From contig JBKEAB010000169.1 of the NCBI GenBank assembly GCA_047971845.1, forward strand, positions 1,385 to 65,384: a stretch of 64,000 bases of DNA. The letters are read 5' to 3'. A program made the translations under genes and the position numbers. Positions 48,447 through 58,354 of the stretch are shown here, piece after piece. Below the pieces are notes generated by a model. That model searched no databases, was not told where the DNA came from, and saw only the letters and a program-made list of their open reading frames with translations. This DNA is from Paracoccus sp. (in: a-proteobacteria) (GTDB lineage Bacteria > Pseudomonadota > Alphaproteobacteria > Rhodobacterales > Rhodobacteraceae). Each line of letters starts with the position of its first letter. Within the stretch, counting starts at the first letter, position 1.

Positions 48447-50571
48447 TCTCCGGGCTCCTGCCGATCCGGCGCAGCGTAGCAGTCGCCGGATCATTGCCGC
48501 AGTCATCACACTGCTCCTGACCGGCTTCGCAGCCGATCAGGCCCGCAGCAGGTTTTCAGCCTGGATAGATGCCACACCCATGCCTTCCCTTACCGTGGCC
48601 ACGGGAACCGAGGTTGTTGCCCGTGATGGCAGCTTGCTGCGAACCTTTCAGGTCGAAGACGGAATCTGGCGGCTGACTCCACCGGCAACAGGAATAGATC
48701 AACGTTTCCTGAAAATGCTGATCGCATGGGAGGACCAGCGATTTGCCGAACATTATGGAGTTGATTTACCGGCAATCATACGGGCGGCATTCCAGGCCAT
48801 CTGGCATGGGCGGATCGTGTCAGGGGCCTCGACCCTGTCCATGCAAACGGCACGCCTGCTGGAACGGGGACCAACCGCCAGCTGGCGGGGCAAGCTGCGC
48901 CAGGCCCGGCTGGCCCTGGCACTGGAGCGCCGTCTTGGCAAGGATGGGATTCTGGCACTTTACCTTCGGCTCGCACCATATGGCGGTAATACCGAAGGGG
49001 TCCGGGCAGCATCCCTGATGTGGTTCGGCAAGGAACCCACGCGGCTGACCCCTGCAGAGTCCGCCCTGCTGGTCGCCCTTCCCCAATCCCCGGAAGCTCG
49101 TCGCCCGGATATTTCCACCCGCCACGAAAACGCCCGCATGGCCCGTAACCGTGTCATCGACCACGCTGAAGCACATGGTATCATTGACACAGAGGCTGCT
49201 GACCTCGCACGAAAGTCTTCCCTGCCTTCAGAACGCCGTGCCTTCCCCGCTCATGCTGCCTTGCTGGCAGAGCGTCTGCGGCGCGAAAATCCGGGCATGA
49301 CACGGATTGAAACCACCATTGACCTGCAGCTTCAGAAGACAGCCGAAGCACTTGCTGCCCGTGCCGTTCTCAACCAGTCCGAACGCATGTCAGCCGCACT
49401 GATCATTGCCGATCATACGAATGGCGAAATTCTGGCCGAGGTCGGCACTGCCGATTATGGCAATACGCCCCGTGACGGCTTTGTCGATATGACCCGTGCC
49501 CTGCGCTCTCCAGGTTCCACGCTGAAACCTTTTGTCTATGCACTTGGCTTCGATGACGGGCTCATTCATCCCGATACCCTGATCGAAGATCGCCCAGCCA
49601 TCTTTGGCCGCTGGCAGCCCGAGAACTTTGACCGCCATTTCCGTGGAACTATCACCATCCGCCGCGCTTTGCAGGAATCCCTGAATATTCCGGTCGTACG
49701 GGTTGCCGAAGCACTGGGTCCGGCACGTATTCTGGCTGGTCTGCACCGGGCGGGAATAAAGGTTGAAATGCAGGGCGGACAAGCTGGTCTGGCACTGGTA
49801 CTGGGCGGAGCAGGCGTATCCCTGCATGATCTGGTTGCGGGTTACGCCGCTCTTGCACGCCATGGCCGCGCAGTTAAGCTGCATGAAATGCCTCTGCCAC
49901 AACCCGGCTCTGAGGCCGAACCCGTGCGCGTCACCGGCGCTGCCGCAGCATGGCAGACCGGTGCAATCCTGTCCCAGATCCTACCTCCTGGCGGGCGGCC
50001 TGCCGGCCGTGTCGCCTACAAGACCGGTACAAGCTATGGTCATCGTGACGCATTATCAGTCGGTTATGACGGACGTTTCGTCATCGGGGTCTGGATGGGA
50101 CGCGCTGACGGTACACCCGTTCCCGGTGTATTCGGCGGACAGGTTGCCGCCCCCCTGTTATTCGATCTTTTCGACATGCTCGGACCTCGCACACACCCGC
50201 TGCCTCCACCGCCGGCCGATACGATTATCGCAGCAAATCCCACCCTGCCCTTGCCCCTGCGTCGGTTCACACCTCCGGGCAGCAGCCCTGCGCCTTCCGG
50301 ACCGGACGGACAGTTCGGCACCCCAAACGATCCGCTGATTATCGTATTTCCACCAGACGGAACCGAACTGGAACTGACTTCAGCCACGATCCCGGTTCGC
50401 CTGCGTGGAGGTGTACCGCCTTATACCTGGCTTGTGAACGGCTCTCCGGCAGCCATTGCGACACGAGACCCCATTACACAAATCCCCGGTCAGTCCGGTA
50501 TATCGGAAATCACGGTAACTGATTCGACAGGCACCACACGCCGCACCCGAATCAGAATGTCACAACCCTGA
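48433..50571 (+). CDS. pbpC: Penicillin-binding protein 1C
   Basis: Transglycosylase EDQRF..HYGVD and GASTLSMQ; transpeptidase STLK and KTGT. Start uncertain (TTG 48433 or GTG 48421). Confidence 0.92.
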   Translation: MSPPDLRAPADPAQRSSRRIIAAVITLLLTGFAADQARSRFSAWIDATPMPSLTVATGTEVVARDGSLLRTFQVEDGIWRLTPPATGIDQRFLKMLIAWEDQRFAEHYGVDLPAIIRAAFQAIWHGRIVSGASTLSMQTARLLERGPTASWRGKLRQARLALALERRLGKDGILALYLRLAPYGGNTEGVRAASLMWFGKEPTRLTPAESALLVALPQSPEARRPDISTRHENARMARNRVIDHAEAHGIIDTEAADLARKSSLPSERRAFPAHAALLAERLRRENPGMTRIETTIDLQLQKTAEALAARAVLNQSERMSAALIIADHTNGEILAEVGTADYGNTPRDGFVDMTRALRSPGSTLKPFVYALGFDDGLIHPDTLIEDRPAIFGRWQPENFDRHFRGTITIRRALQESLNIPVVRVAEALGPARILAGLHRAGIKVEMQGGQAGLALVLGGAGVSLHDLVAGYAALARHGRAVKLHEMPLPQPGSEAEPVRVTGAAAAWQTGAILSQILPPGGRPAGRVAYKTGTSYGHRDALSVGYDGRFVIGVWMGRADGTPVPGVFGGQVAAPLLFDLFDMLGPRTHPLPPPPADTIIAANPTLPLPLRRFTPPGSSPAPSGPDGQFGTPNDPLIIVFPPDGTELELTSATIPVRLRGGVPPYTWLVNGSPAAIATRDPITQIPGQSGISEITVTDSTGTTRRTRIRMSQP

Positions 50572-50573
50572 TC

Positions 50574-50692
50574 TGGACTTGTCTCAGAAAACTCCGGATT
50601 TCTGAGAGTATGAGGAGCAATTGGGAAGGCGGATGATGACAAACAGGCCAACTGAAGAGTTTAAGCGTAAGGTGGTACTGATCGCATTAACT
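50574..50692 (+). mobile_element. IS3-family left-end remnant (IRL plus first ~20 codons of transposase OrfA)
   Basis: Begins TGGACTTG... then MMTNRPTEEFKRKVVLIALT from 50633, resembling the IS3 OrfA start (..EFK.EAV.IALTSG); similarity stops abruptly. Confidence 0.6.
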
Positions 50693-50754
50693 CAACTGCA
50701 CCCAGGAAATACCCGGGATGCAGCTATGTCATATCTGTATCATGATACAGAAAT

Positions 50755-50774
50755 CAGGAAGCAATCTGTTCCTG
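50755..50774 (-). terminator. Possible terminator of the cold-shock gene
   Basis: CAGGAA-N8-TTCCTG hairpin just after the stop codon, followed on the minus strand by ATTTCT. Confidence 0.35.
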
Positions 50775-50782
50775 GTCAGAAA

Positions 50783-50989
50783 TCAGAGTAGTTGCAGATC
50801 TGATGCAGATTCGCGGCCATCACGGCCGGCCTGCAATTCATAGCTTACTTTCTGATTATCCTGCAGCCCGGTCAAACCCGCACGTTCCACTGCAGAAATA
50901 TGTACAAAGACATCTTTCCCGCCGGTATCAGGGGCAATGAAGCCATAGCCTTTAGTATTATTGAACCATTTGACGGTGCCAGTGGCCAT
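50783..50989 (-). CDS. cspA: Cold-shock protein
   Basis: MATGTVKWFNNTKGYGFI...DVFVHISAV RNP1/RNP2 motifs; 68 aa. Confidence 0.95.
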   Translation of the reverse strand: MATGTVKWFNNTKGYGFIAPDTGGKDVFVHISAVERAGLTGLQDNQKVSYELQAGRDGRESASDLQLL

Positions 50990-51190
50990 TCCGTTCTCTC
51001 CTTCAAGTTCCCCGGACGCGGATTTGCGACCGGGCCGTGCAGCCCTTTCGAACGTCCGGCTGCCCCGTGAAGGGAGGCGGTAGAAAGTCATGCTCACGCT
51101 GGTGGCAGAATGGAGTAATGTCACCGAAACGCAAGGGCGAAACGTGGTTTAGCTAACTGGCCGGTAAATCTTTGCCGATAGCCGTATCAG

Positions 51191-53137
51191 TCAGCGAAGG
51201 TCCGGAGGAACCGATTCCGCACTTAATTCCATCAACACTTCCTCCAATCCAAGTGTCCGGCTACCCTGCTGGCCAAGGCGACGTATCGAAACCGAACGAT
51301 CTTCGACCTCCTTCATGCCAATAGCAAGAATAGCCGGAACCCTGGCAACCGAGTGTTCACGGATCTTGTAATTGATCTTTTCGTTGCGGATATCAGCCTC
51401 GGCCCGGATCCCTGCCGTTTGCAAGGCAGCAACGACTTCCCGGACATAATCATCCGCATCCGACACGATTGATGCCACCACGACCTGACGGGGCGCAAGC
51501 CAGAAGGGCAGCTTTCCGGCAAAGTTCTCGATCAGGATACCGATGAAGCGTTCAAAGCTGCCCAGAACAGCGCGATGCAGCATGACCGGTCGGTATTTAC
51601 CGCCATCCTGTCCGACATATTCCGCATCCAGCCGCTCAGGCAGGTTGGGATCAACCTGCAACGTGCCGCATTGCCAGTCACGACCGATTGCATCGGTCAG
51701 AACGAATTCCAGTTTTGGACCGTAGAATGCCCCTTCACCCGGGAAAATCTCATAGTCATAACCAGCCGCCTTGCAGGCATTGCCAAGTGCAGTCTCGACC
51801 CGATCCCAGCTTTCTTCACTGCCGATACGCTTTTCCGGACGGGTTGACAGCTTGATCTTCCAGCCTTCAAAGCCAAGATCAGCATAAATCCCGGCAAGGA
51901 ATTCGATAAATTTCTTCGTCTCAGCCTCAATCTGGTCTTCGGTACAGAAAATATGCGCATCATCCTGCGTGAACCCGCGGACCCGCATGATACCATGCAA
52001 TGCGCCTGAGGGCTCATAGCGGTTGCAGGACCCGAATTCAGCCATGCGCAGGGGCAGGTCACGATAGGATTTCAGCCCGACATTGAAGATCTGCACATGG
52101 CAGGGACAGTTCATGGGCTTGAGGGCATTGATCGTCTTGGTCCGGGCATGCTCCTCATCAACCTCGACGATGAACATATGTTCCTGGTAATTATCCCAGT
52201 GACCGGATTCTTCCCACAGCTTGCGGTTGACAACCTGAGGTGTATTAACCTCGACATAACCACCCATGCGCTGTTTGCGACGCATATAGTCCTGTAGTGT
52301 GGTATAGATATTCCAGCCATTCGGGTGCCAGAATATCTGGCCTGGTGCCTCTTCCTGCCTATGGAACAGGTCCAGTTCCCGACCCAGCTTTCGGTGATCT
52401 CGTTTGGCGGCTTGTTCCAGCATATGCAGGTGAGCCTTGAGCTCATCTCGATTTCGGAAAGCCACGCCGTAAATACGCTGTAACATCGGTCGGGAACTGT
52501 CACCCAGCCAATAGGCCCCGGCAACATGGGTCAGCCTGAAAGAATCTGCCGGGATCTGGCCGGTATGCTGCAAATGCGGGCCACGGCACAGATCCTGCCA
52601 GTCCCCATGCCAATACATCCGCACATCTTCGCCTTCAGGAATTCGATCAATCAGTTCCAGCTTATAGGTTTCGTTCAGCGCCCTGTAATGGTCGACGGCA
52701 CGTACCCGGTCCCAGACCTCGGTACGAATAGGATCGCGATCAGCAATGATCTGTTTCATTTTTGCTTCTATCTGACCCAGGTCTTCGGGCGTGAAGGGGT
52801 CTCCACGATCAAAGTCGTAAAACCAGCCATAATCGCGCACTGGCCCGATCGTGACCTTCACATCAGGCCAGATCTCCTGAACCGCGCGTGCCATGACATG
52901 AGCTAGGTCGTGCCGGATCAGTTCAAGGGCCGGTTCTTCATCCTTCATTGTATGAATGGCGATGGAGCCACTTTTACTGATCGGCCAGGCAAGATCCATA
53001 TGACGACCATCGAAGTTTGCTGAAATCGCCTTTTTGGCAAGGCTGGGCGCAATGGAGGCTGCAACTTCGGCAGCGGTGATCCCGGCAGGATAATCACGCG
53101 AATTACCATCAGGAAATGTCAGGGAAATCTGGCTCAT
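51191..53137 (-). CDS. thrS: Threonine--tRNA ligase
   Basis: TGS domain, [48 protein letters not shown]. Confidence 0.98.
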   Translation of the reverse strand: MSQISLTFPDGNSRDYPAGITAAEVAASIAPSLAKKAISANFDGRHMDLAWPISKSGSIAIHTMKDEEPALELIRHDLAHVMARAVQEIWPDVKVTIGPVRDYGWFYDFDRGDPFTPEDLGQIEAKMKQIIADRDPIRTEVWDRVRAVDHYRALNETYKLELIDRIPEGEDVRMYWHGDWQDLCRGPHLQHTGQIPADSFRLTHVAGAYWLGDSSRPMLQRIYGVAFRNRDELKAHLHMLEQAAKRDHRKLGRELDLFHRQEEAPGQIFWHPNGWNIYTTLQDYMRRKQRMGGYVEVNTPQVVNRKLWEESGHWDNYQEHMFIVEVDEEHARTKTINALKPMNCPCHVQIFNVGLKSYRDLPLRMAEFGSCNRYEPSGALHGIMRVRGFTQDDAHIFCTEDQIEAETKKFIEFLAGIYADLGFEGWKIKLSTRPEKRIGSEESWDRVETALGNACKAAGYDYEIFPGEGAFYGPKLEFVLTDAIGRDWQCGTLQVDPNLPERLDAEYVGQDGGKYRPVMLHRAVLGSFERFIGILIENFAGKLPFWLAPRQVVVASIVSDADDYVREVVAALQTAGIRAEADIRNEKINYKIREHSVARVPAILAIGMKEVEDRSVSIRRLGQQGSRTLGLEEVLMELSAESVPPDLR

Positions 53138-53157
53138 GGCCTTCTCCTCGTCGGTCT

Positions 53158-53174
53158 GGCGCCCACGGAACGCC
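53158..53174 (-). promoter_or_regulatory. thrS leader hairpin resembling a tRNA-Thr anticodon arm
   Basis: The mRNA reads GGCGU-UCCGUGG-GCGCC: a 5-bp stem and 7-nt loop with central CGU, just upstream of the GAGGAG SD. A TTGACA hexamer lies at 53221-53226 on the minus strand. Confidence 0.5.
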
Positions 53175-53230
53175 CGGTTGCGGGTATGTATGAGGCCGGA
53201 ATGCGCCGAAAAACAGATCCTGTCAAGCTG

Positions 53231-54190
53231 CTAGAGCTCCAGATCATCTGTAATTGCTGCAATCTGTACGGCATAAAGGGCTTCGACATGCGCCTGTGCT
53301 TCTGCCACATCAGGCAGGGCCAGAAGACGGTTCATTTCCGCTTCCGTCTCGCTTCCGTAAAAATCCTGAATCCGGGTGTCGACCTCACGTGCACCGGCAA
53401 ATTTGATCCAGTAATCCTCATCATGGCGGATAACTGGTTCTTCCCCGACACGGGTCACCCCCCGCCCGCGCATCTGGCGCAACATGTAGGAATCGATGGA
53501 CTTGATCGGGTAATGATTAAACCAGGCGATCTCATGGGTCATCTGATCAGGTTTGAAAAAGCGCAGGTGACGCCAAAGCTTATCATCATCGGGAACTCTG
53601 CCGGTCTGCCCATTGCCGCGCATGTGACAGATATCACCTTCCCCCCCGAATCCGACAGGATGGTGATTGTGCATCGACCGCCAAAGACCATGTCCCCGAC
53701 TGAGACTTTTGACCGGGCCATTCAGGCGGTTATTCACCGCAAGGCGCTTTATGAACTGGGTTGTCACCCTACCCGGTTTCCACAACATATCAGAGCTGGT
53801 GCCGAAATTCATTGCATTCAACGTAATCAGATGCACTTCCGGTCCAGCAAGCTCCGTCAGGTCGGACACCCGGTGATTGCCACGATCAACAACCAGGAAT
53901 TCATCGGCATCCAGGACCATGATCCAATCGGCCGACTGGATGTCATGCCGTCTGCGGATACGCAGGTACCCCCGATGCTGTGGCATTTCGCCCGGACCCA
54001 GGAGGTTGCGGACATGGGTAATAATACCATGACCGGCAAGCACATCAAGCAGCAGGTCCGTCCCATCATTGCAATCATTGGTTGCAATATAAATCCCGTC
54101 AAAACCAAGCACACGATGATGGGCAATGAATTCAAGGACGAAGGGCCCTTCATCCTTCATCGAGCTCATCAGGACATGGCGTTGTGGCAT
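53231..54190 (-). CDS. Glycosyltransferase family 2-like protein
   Basis: MKDEGPFVLEFIAHH, TNDCNDGT, LDADEFL (DxD), NHYPIKS. Confidence 0.85.
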   Translation of the reverse strand: MPQRHVLMSSMKDEGPFVLEFIAHHRVLGFDGIYIATNDCNDGTDLLLDVLAGHGIITHVRNLLGPGEMPQHRGYLRIRRRHDIQSADWIMVLDADEFLVVDRGNHRVSDLTELAGPEVHLITLNAMNFGTSSDMLWKPGRVTTQFIKRLAVNNRLNGPVKSLSRGHGLWRSMHNHHPVGFGGEGDICHMRGNGQTGRVPDDDKLWRHLRFFKPDQMTHEIAWFNHYPIKSIDSYMLRQMRGRGVTRVGEEPVIRHDEDYWIKFAGAREVDTRIQDFYGSETEAEMNRLLALPDVAEAQAHVEALYAVQIAAITDDLEL

Positions 54191-54361
54191 TATCGGCTCC
54201 TGCCATTACCGGTTACATATACACACGGTTTCTGTACGCTGTCGTATCGTGACAGAAAACCGCCAATCAGTTCGGCATCATACAAATCTGACATATCCAA
54301 TCCTGCTTGCCGAGAACGGCACTCCGGTATAAGGCCGGGCCATCCATACATGGTGAGTACA

Positions 54362-55588
54362 ATGACAACTCCGGCCCCAACACCTGATTCCGGTGATGCG
54401 CGGAAACTTTCCCTGCCCGAATTCGTGGGCATGCTGGCAGTGCTTTTCGCAACAGTCGCATTCTCCATTGACGCAATGCTGCCGTCACTGTCCAGTATCG
54501 CGGCAGATCTGTCACCCGATAATACCAATCGCGCCCAGTTGGTTCTGATGAGCTTTGTCGCCGGAATGGGCCTCGGCACGGCACTTGCCGGCCCGATTTC
54601 AGATGCAATCGGGCGCAAACCGTCCATCATGCTCGGCTCCGCAATCTACATTTCCGCATCGCTTGCCGCCATCTTTGCCGATAACCTGTCGCTGCTTCTG
54701 GTTCTGCGTTTCGTCCAGGGCATGGGGGCAGCCGGGCCGCGGATTGCCGGAACGGCCCTGATCCGCGATCTTTATGCCGGACGGGAAATGGCACGCATCA
54801 CCAGTTTCGTGATGATGATCTTCATCCTGATCCCGGCAGTGGCCCCGGCCATCGGTGAAGTTGTCATTGACCTGACCAGAAGCTGGCGTGGCGTTTTCGT
54901 TGCCTTCATGGTCTTTGGCCTGATTGGGGTGGTATGGGTCGGGCTGCGTCAGCCCGAGACATTGCCTCCTGGACGCCGGGTCCCGCTGAATATCCGGCGC
55001 ATCATGACATCCTGTCACGAGATTCTGTCGAACCGGCAGATCATGCTTTGCACGCTGGTTCTCACCTTCGGATTTGGCCAGATGTTCGCATTATTGTCCA
55101 GTTCGGACCAGCTGTTCGGTGAAACCTATGGCCGCGCCGAAAGTTTCACGAAATGGTTTGCCCTGATGGCCCTTCTGTCCGGGATCGGAACCATTGCGAA
55201 TGCACGTTACGTGATCCGTTTCGGGATGCGCAGGATCGCGGGTGCCGCCTATGCAATGCAGATCGTCTCATCAACACTGGCCCTGCTTCTGGTCGGCAGT
55301 GGCGCACTTCAGGGCGATGCCGCCTTCTACGGCTTCTTCGTCTGGGCCGTCAGTGTGTTCTTCATGGCCGGAGTTACCTTCGGCAACCTGAATGCCCTTG
55401 CCATGCAGCATGTTCCCCATCTGGCCGGAATGACAGCCAGTATCGTGGCCGCACTATCATCCCTTGGTGCCGTTCTGATCGCGGCACCAGTCGGCATGGC
55501 CTATCAGGGGACACCGACACCTGTCATGACAGCCACGCTGATCTGTTCAGCCATCGCCTTTTACCTGATGCGCTTATTGCGTGACTGA
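54362..55588 (+). CDS. Bcr/CflA-type MFS drug-resistance transporter
   Basis: AFSIDAMLP, GPISDAIGRKP, LRFVQG, IRDLYAG; real start near 54350/54362. Confidence 0.9.
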   Translation: MTTPAPTPDSGDARKLSLPEFVGMLAVLFATVAFSIDAMLPSLSSIAADLSPDNTNRAQLVLMSFVAGMGLGTALAGPISDAIGRKPSIMLGSAIYISASLAAIFADNLSLLLVLRFVQGMGAAGPRIAGTALIRDLYAGREMARITSFVMMIFILIPAVAPAIGEVVIDLTRSWRGVFVAFMVFGLIGVVWVGLRQPETLPPGRRVPLNIRRIMTSCHEILSNRQIMLCTLVLTFGFGQMFALLSSSDQLFGETYGRAESFTKWFALMALLSGIGTIANARYVIRFGMRRIAGAAYAMQIVSSTLALLLVGSGALQGDAAFYGFFVWAVSVFFMAGVTFGNLNALAMQHVPHLAGMTASIVAALSSLGAVLIAAPVGMAYQGTPTPVMTATLICSAIAFYLMRLLRD

Positions 55589-55597
55589 ACAGACCAG

Positions 55598-56794
55598 TCA
55601 CGATATCGGCCACCCGATACCGGACAGTGTCGCCGTCAGTGCGTGATAAATATCAGGTTTTCCGGGAAACAGTGTTTCAACCGGCTGACCTGATTCATCA
55701 ATTTCAGCATACCAGCTACCATGCCGGTGATCTATGTGGTAATGATCAAGATGCCCCCAGATCCGGTCCAGATCAACCAACCATGCCTCATCCCCTGTTG
55801 CCTTATACAAGGCATGAGATGTTGCAATGGCCTCTGCCACAGGCCACCATAACCGGCGGCGCTGATCGACCCTGCTATTCCAGTCCAGCGTATAGGCAAG
55901 CCCCCCTTCAGGAAGCCATGCGTCATTCATGGCACGGCTGTGAAGCTGTGCGGCAGCCACGGGCATCCAATCATCCTGTGAATCATTCCCCCCTGTCGCC
56001 CGCAACTCAAGGATCAGACGCGCCCATTCCAAGGCATGTCCCGGAGTCGTGCCGGATGGACGAAACATAGGATCCCCTGCAAAATCCCGGTCAATTTGCC
56101 AGTCACAGGTGAAATGCTCCGGTACAACCCATCCCTCCGCACGGGCATGGCGATCAATCATGAAGCGGGCAATACTGCGTGCCATATCCAGATCTGCCGG
56201 GTCCCGCCATGTTTCATGGGCAGCAATCAGAGCCTCGGTCAGGTGCATGTTCGCATTACCGCCCCGATAAGCAGGCGAATTGGTCCAGTCCCGGTCAAAC
56301 GTATCTGATACGGCTCCGGGACGTGTCTCCCAGAAACGGGACCGCAGGACATTCATCACCATATCCCGCAGGCGCATGGCCTCGGGATGACCAACCTGTC
56401 CGGCCGAAGCAGCCGCCAGCAGGACAAAGGCATGCCCATAGGCCTGTTTGCGGCTGTCCATCGGGCCAGAATCGTCAACACTCCACCAGAACCCGCCATT
56501 TACGGGATCAAGATGGCCATTCAACAGAAAGATCATACCGTGATCAACGATATTGGCAGCCTCCGGATGGTTCAGCCTTGCCCCCCGCGCATAAGCATGG
56601 ATCATCCGCGTCGTCTCATGCAGTTCACGTGTATTGCCCTGCCCTCGCGGATTATCCGGCAATGGCCTGCCATCTGTGGCCAGCTTGTAAAAACCACCGG
56701 CCGGATTGACCGACGCGGCATGGAAGTCGAGAAGCCGCAGCGCCTCGGCACGACACCAGTCTGGTCCGTAATCAGTCATCTTCCGCTCCGTCAT
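55598..56794 (-). CDS. AGE-family epimerase/isomerase (mannose isomerase/YihS-like)
   Basis: KQAYGHAFVLLAA, GNANMHLTEA, PEHF, TPGHALEW, WWPVAE, KPDIYH. Confidence 0.9.
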   Translation of the reverse strand: MTERKMTDYGPDWCRAEALRLLDFHAASVNPAGGFYKLATDGRPLPDNPRGQGNTRELHETTRMIHAYARGARLNHPEAANIVDHGMIFLLNGHLDPVNGGFWWSVDDSGPMDSRKQAYGHAFVLLAAASAGQVGHPEAMRLRDMVMNVLRSRFWETRPGAVSDTFDRDWTNSPAYRGGNANMHLTEALIAAHETWRDPADLDMARSIARFMIDRHARAEGWVVPEHFTCDWQIDRDFAGDPMFRPSGTTPGHALEWARLILELRATGGNDSQDDWMPVAAAQLHSRAMNDAWLPEGGLAYTLDWNSRVDQRRRLWWPVAEAIATSHALYKATGDEAWLVDLDRIWGHLDHYHIDHRHGSWYAEIDESGQPVETLFPGKPDIYHALTATLSGIGWPIS

Positions 56795-56838
56795 TCCCTG
56801 TCAGCCGGAATATCGCTTGCCTGTTACCGATTAATAGT

Positions 56839-56862
56839 CAATATATCCGAATGGATATAACG
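56839..56862 (+). promoter_or_regulatory. Mo-box (ModE/MopAB-type operator) upstream of modA
   Basis: CAATATATCCGAATGGATATAACG contains the perfect inverted repeat TATATCC-N4-GGATATA and the ATATAACG half-site. Confidence 0.75.
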
Positions 56863-56874
56863 AGAGGATTGCTC

Positions 56875-57630
56875 ATGTTCCGCCCAGCCGCAATGTTTGC
56901 TGCCCTGACCAGCCTTGCTACCCCCGCCCTTGCCGAGGATGTCACTGTCTTTGCTGCCGCATCCATGAAAACCGCACTTGATCAGGTTGCCGCGGACTTC
57001 CAGCAAAAGACCGGAAATACCGTAACGGTCAGCTATGCCGGGTCAAACCTGCTGGCCAAGCAGATCATCGACGGTGCCCCGGCCGACATTTATATCTCCG
57101 CCAACGTGAAGTGGATGGACGAGGTCGAAAAGGCCGGTGTCATTGCCGATGAGGCGCGTCGCGACATTCTTGGCAATACGCTGGTCCTCATCGCTCATGA
57201 TGAGATTCCGGCAACAGAAATCACGGCTGAAACCGATCTGGCCGGCATGATCGGCAATGGCAACAAGCTGGCCATGGCACTTGTGGATGCGGTCCCTGCC
57301 GGGCAATACGGCAAAGCAGCACTGGAAAGTCTGGGGCTATGGGAGTCCGTCGGGCCTTCAGTGGCGCAAGCTGACAATGTGCGGGCTGCCCTCGCCCTTG
57401 TTGCCACGGGTGAAGCCCCTTACGGCATTGTCTATGCCACTGACGCCAAGGCCGAGCCGGCCGTTCATATCGTTGGTACATTCCCACCGGACAGCTATCC
57501 TGCCATCATCTATCCAACAGCACTGTTAAGCAGTGCGGCGGATCAGGCCGATCAGGACTTCTTCGCCGCCCTCAGCGATGATACTGCCGACAAGATCTTT
57601 GCCGAGCAGGGTTTCAGCATCCTCGACTGA
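56875..57630 (+). CDS. modA: Molybdate ABC transporter substrate-binding protein
   Basis: VFAAAS, YAGS..LAKQI..GAPAD, VPAGQYG, GIVYATDA. Confidence 0.95.
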   Translation: MFRPAAMFAALTSLATPALAEDVTVFAAASMKTALDQVAADFQQKTGNTVTVSYAGSNLLAKQIIDGAPADIYISANVKWMDEVEKAGVIADEARRDILGNTLVLIAHDEIPATEITAETDLAGMIGNGNKLAMALVDAVPAGQYGKAALESLGLWESVGPSVAQADNVRAALALVATGEAPYGIVYATDAKAEPAVHIVGTFPPDSYPAIIYPTALLSSAADQADQDFFAALSDDTADKIFAEQGFSILD

Positions 57631-57658
57631 GAAAAGCGAACAAAGGGAAGGTATCGAC

Positions 57659-58354
57659 TTGGACTGGCTTTCAGCGCAGGAATGGCAAGCCGTAGCGCTT
57701 TCACTACGGGTGTCGATCTGGGCCGTTCTGGTCAGCCTTCCCTTTGGTATCATGACCGCCCATGCCCTTGCCCGCTGGCGCTTTCCCGGACATGGTATCC
57801 TGAATGGGCTGGTTCACCTGCCGCTGATCATGCCACCGGTCGTAACCGGCTACCTGTTGCTGCTCGGTTTCGGAAAGCGTGGTATATTCGGGGGCTCTCT
57901 GGAAGAATGGTTTGGCATCACCTTCGCCTTCCGCTGGACAGGCGCGGCGCTTGCCGCTGCTGTCATGGCCTTCCCGCTGATGGTCCGCACCATCCGGCTG
58001 GCCATTGAAGCTGTAGATCCGCAACTGGAAGAGGCCGCATCAACACTTGGGGCAAACCGGATCCGGGTTTTCATGACTGTTACCCTGCCCCTGATCTTGC
58101 CGGGTATCATCGCCGGCAGCATCATCGCCTTTGCCAAGGCAATGGGAGAATTTGGGGCCACAATCACCTTCGTATCCAATATTCCAGGCCAGACCCAGAC
58201 CCTGCCAAGTGCAATCTACACCCAGCTTCAGATCCCCGGAGGCGAGGCACAGGCAGCGCGACTGGTTGCCGTTTCGCTGACCGTGGCACTAATTGCCCTG
58301 TTTGCATCGGAATGGCTGGGCCGAACCGTAGCCAGACGGATTGCCGGCAAATGA
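57659..58354 (+). CDS. modB: Molybdate ABC transporter permease
   Basis: HLPLIMPPVVTGY, LEEAASTLGA, GEFGAT; TTG start inferred. Confidence 0.95.
   Translation: MDWLSAQEWQAVALSLRVSIWAVLVSLPFGIMTAHALARWRFPGHGILNGLVHLPLIMPPVVTGYLLLLGFGKRGIFGGSLEEWFGITFAFRWTGAALAAAVMAFPLMVRTIRLAIEAVDPQLEEAASTLGANRIRVFMTVTLPLILPGIIAGSIIAFAKAMGEFGATITFVSNIPGQTQTLPSAIYTQLQIPGGEAQAARLVAVSLTVALIALFASEWLGRTVARRIAGK

Noticed and set aside
50990..51124. N-terminal extension of the cold-shock protein or a separate sRNA
   Set aside because: A strong SD precedes the ATG at 50989. The region is best read as the long 5' UTR typical of csp genes, with no independent evidence for an sRNA.
53186..54349. Apparent 800-aa MFS fusion protein (ORF 53186-55588)
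   Set aside because: The N-terminal ~390 aa are the antisense shadow of the glycosyltransferase; MFS similarity starts only at about 54350.
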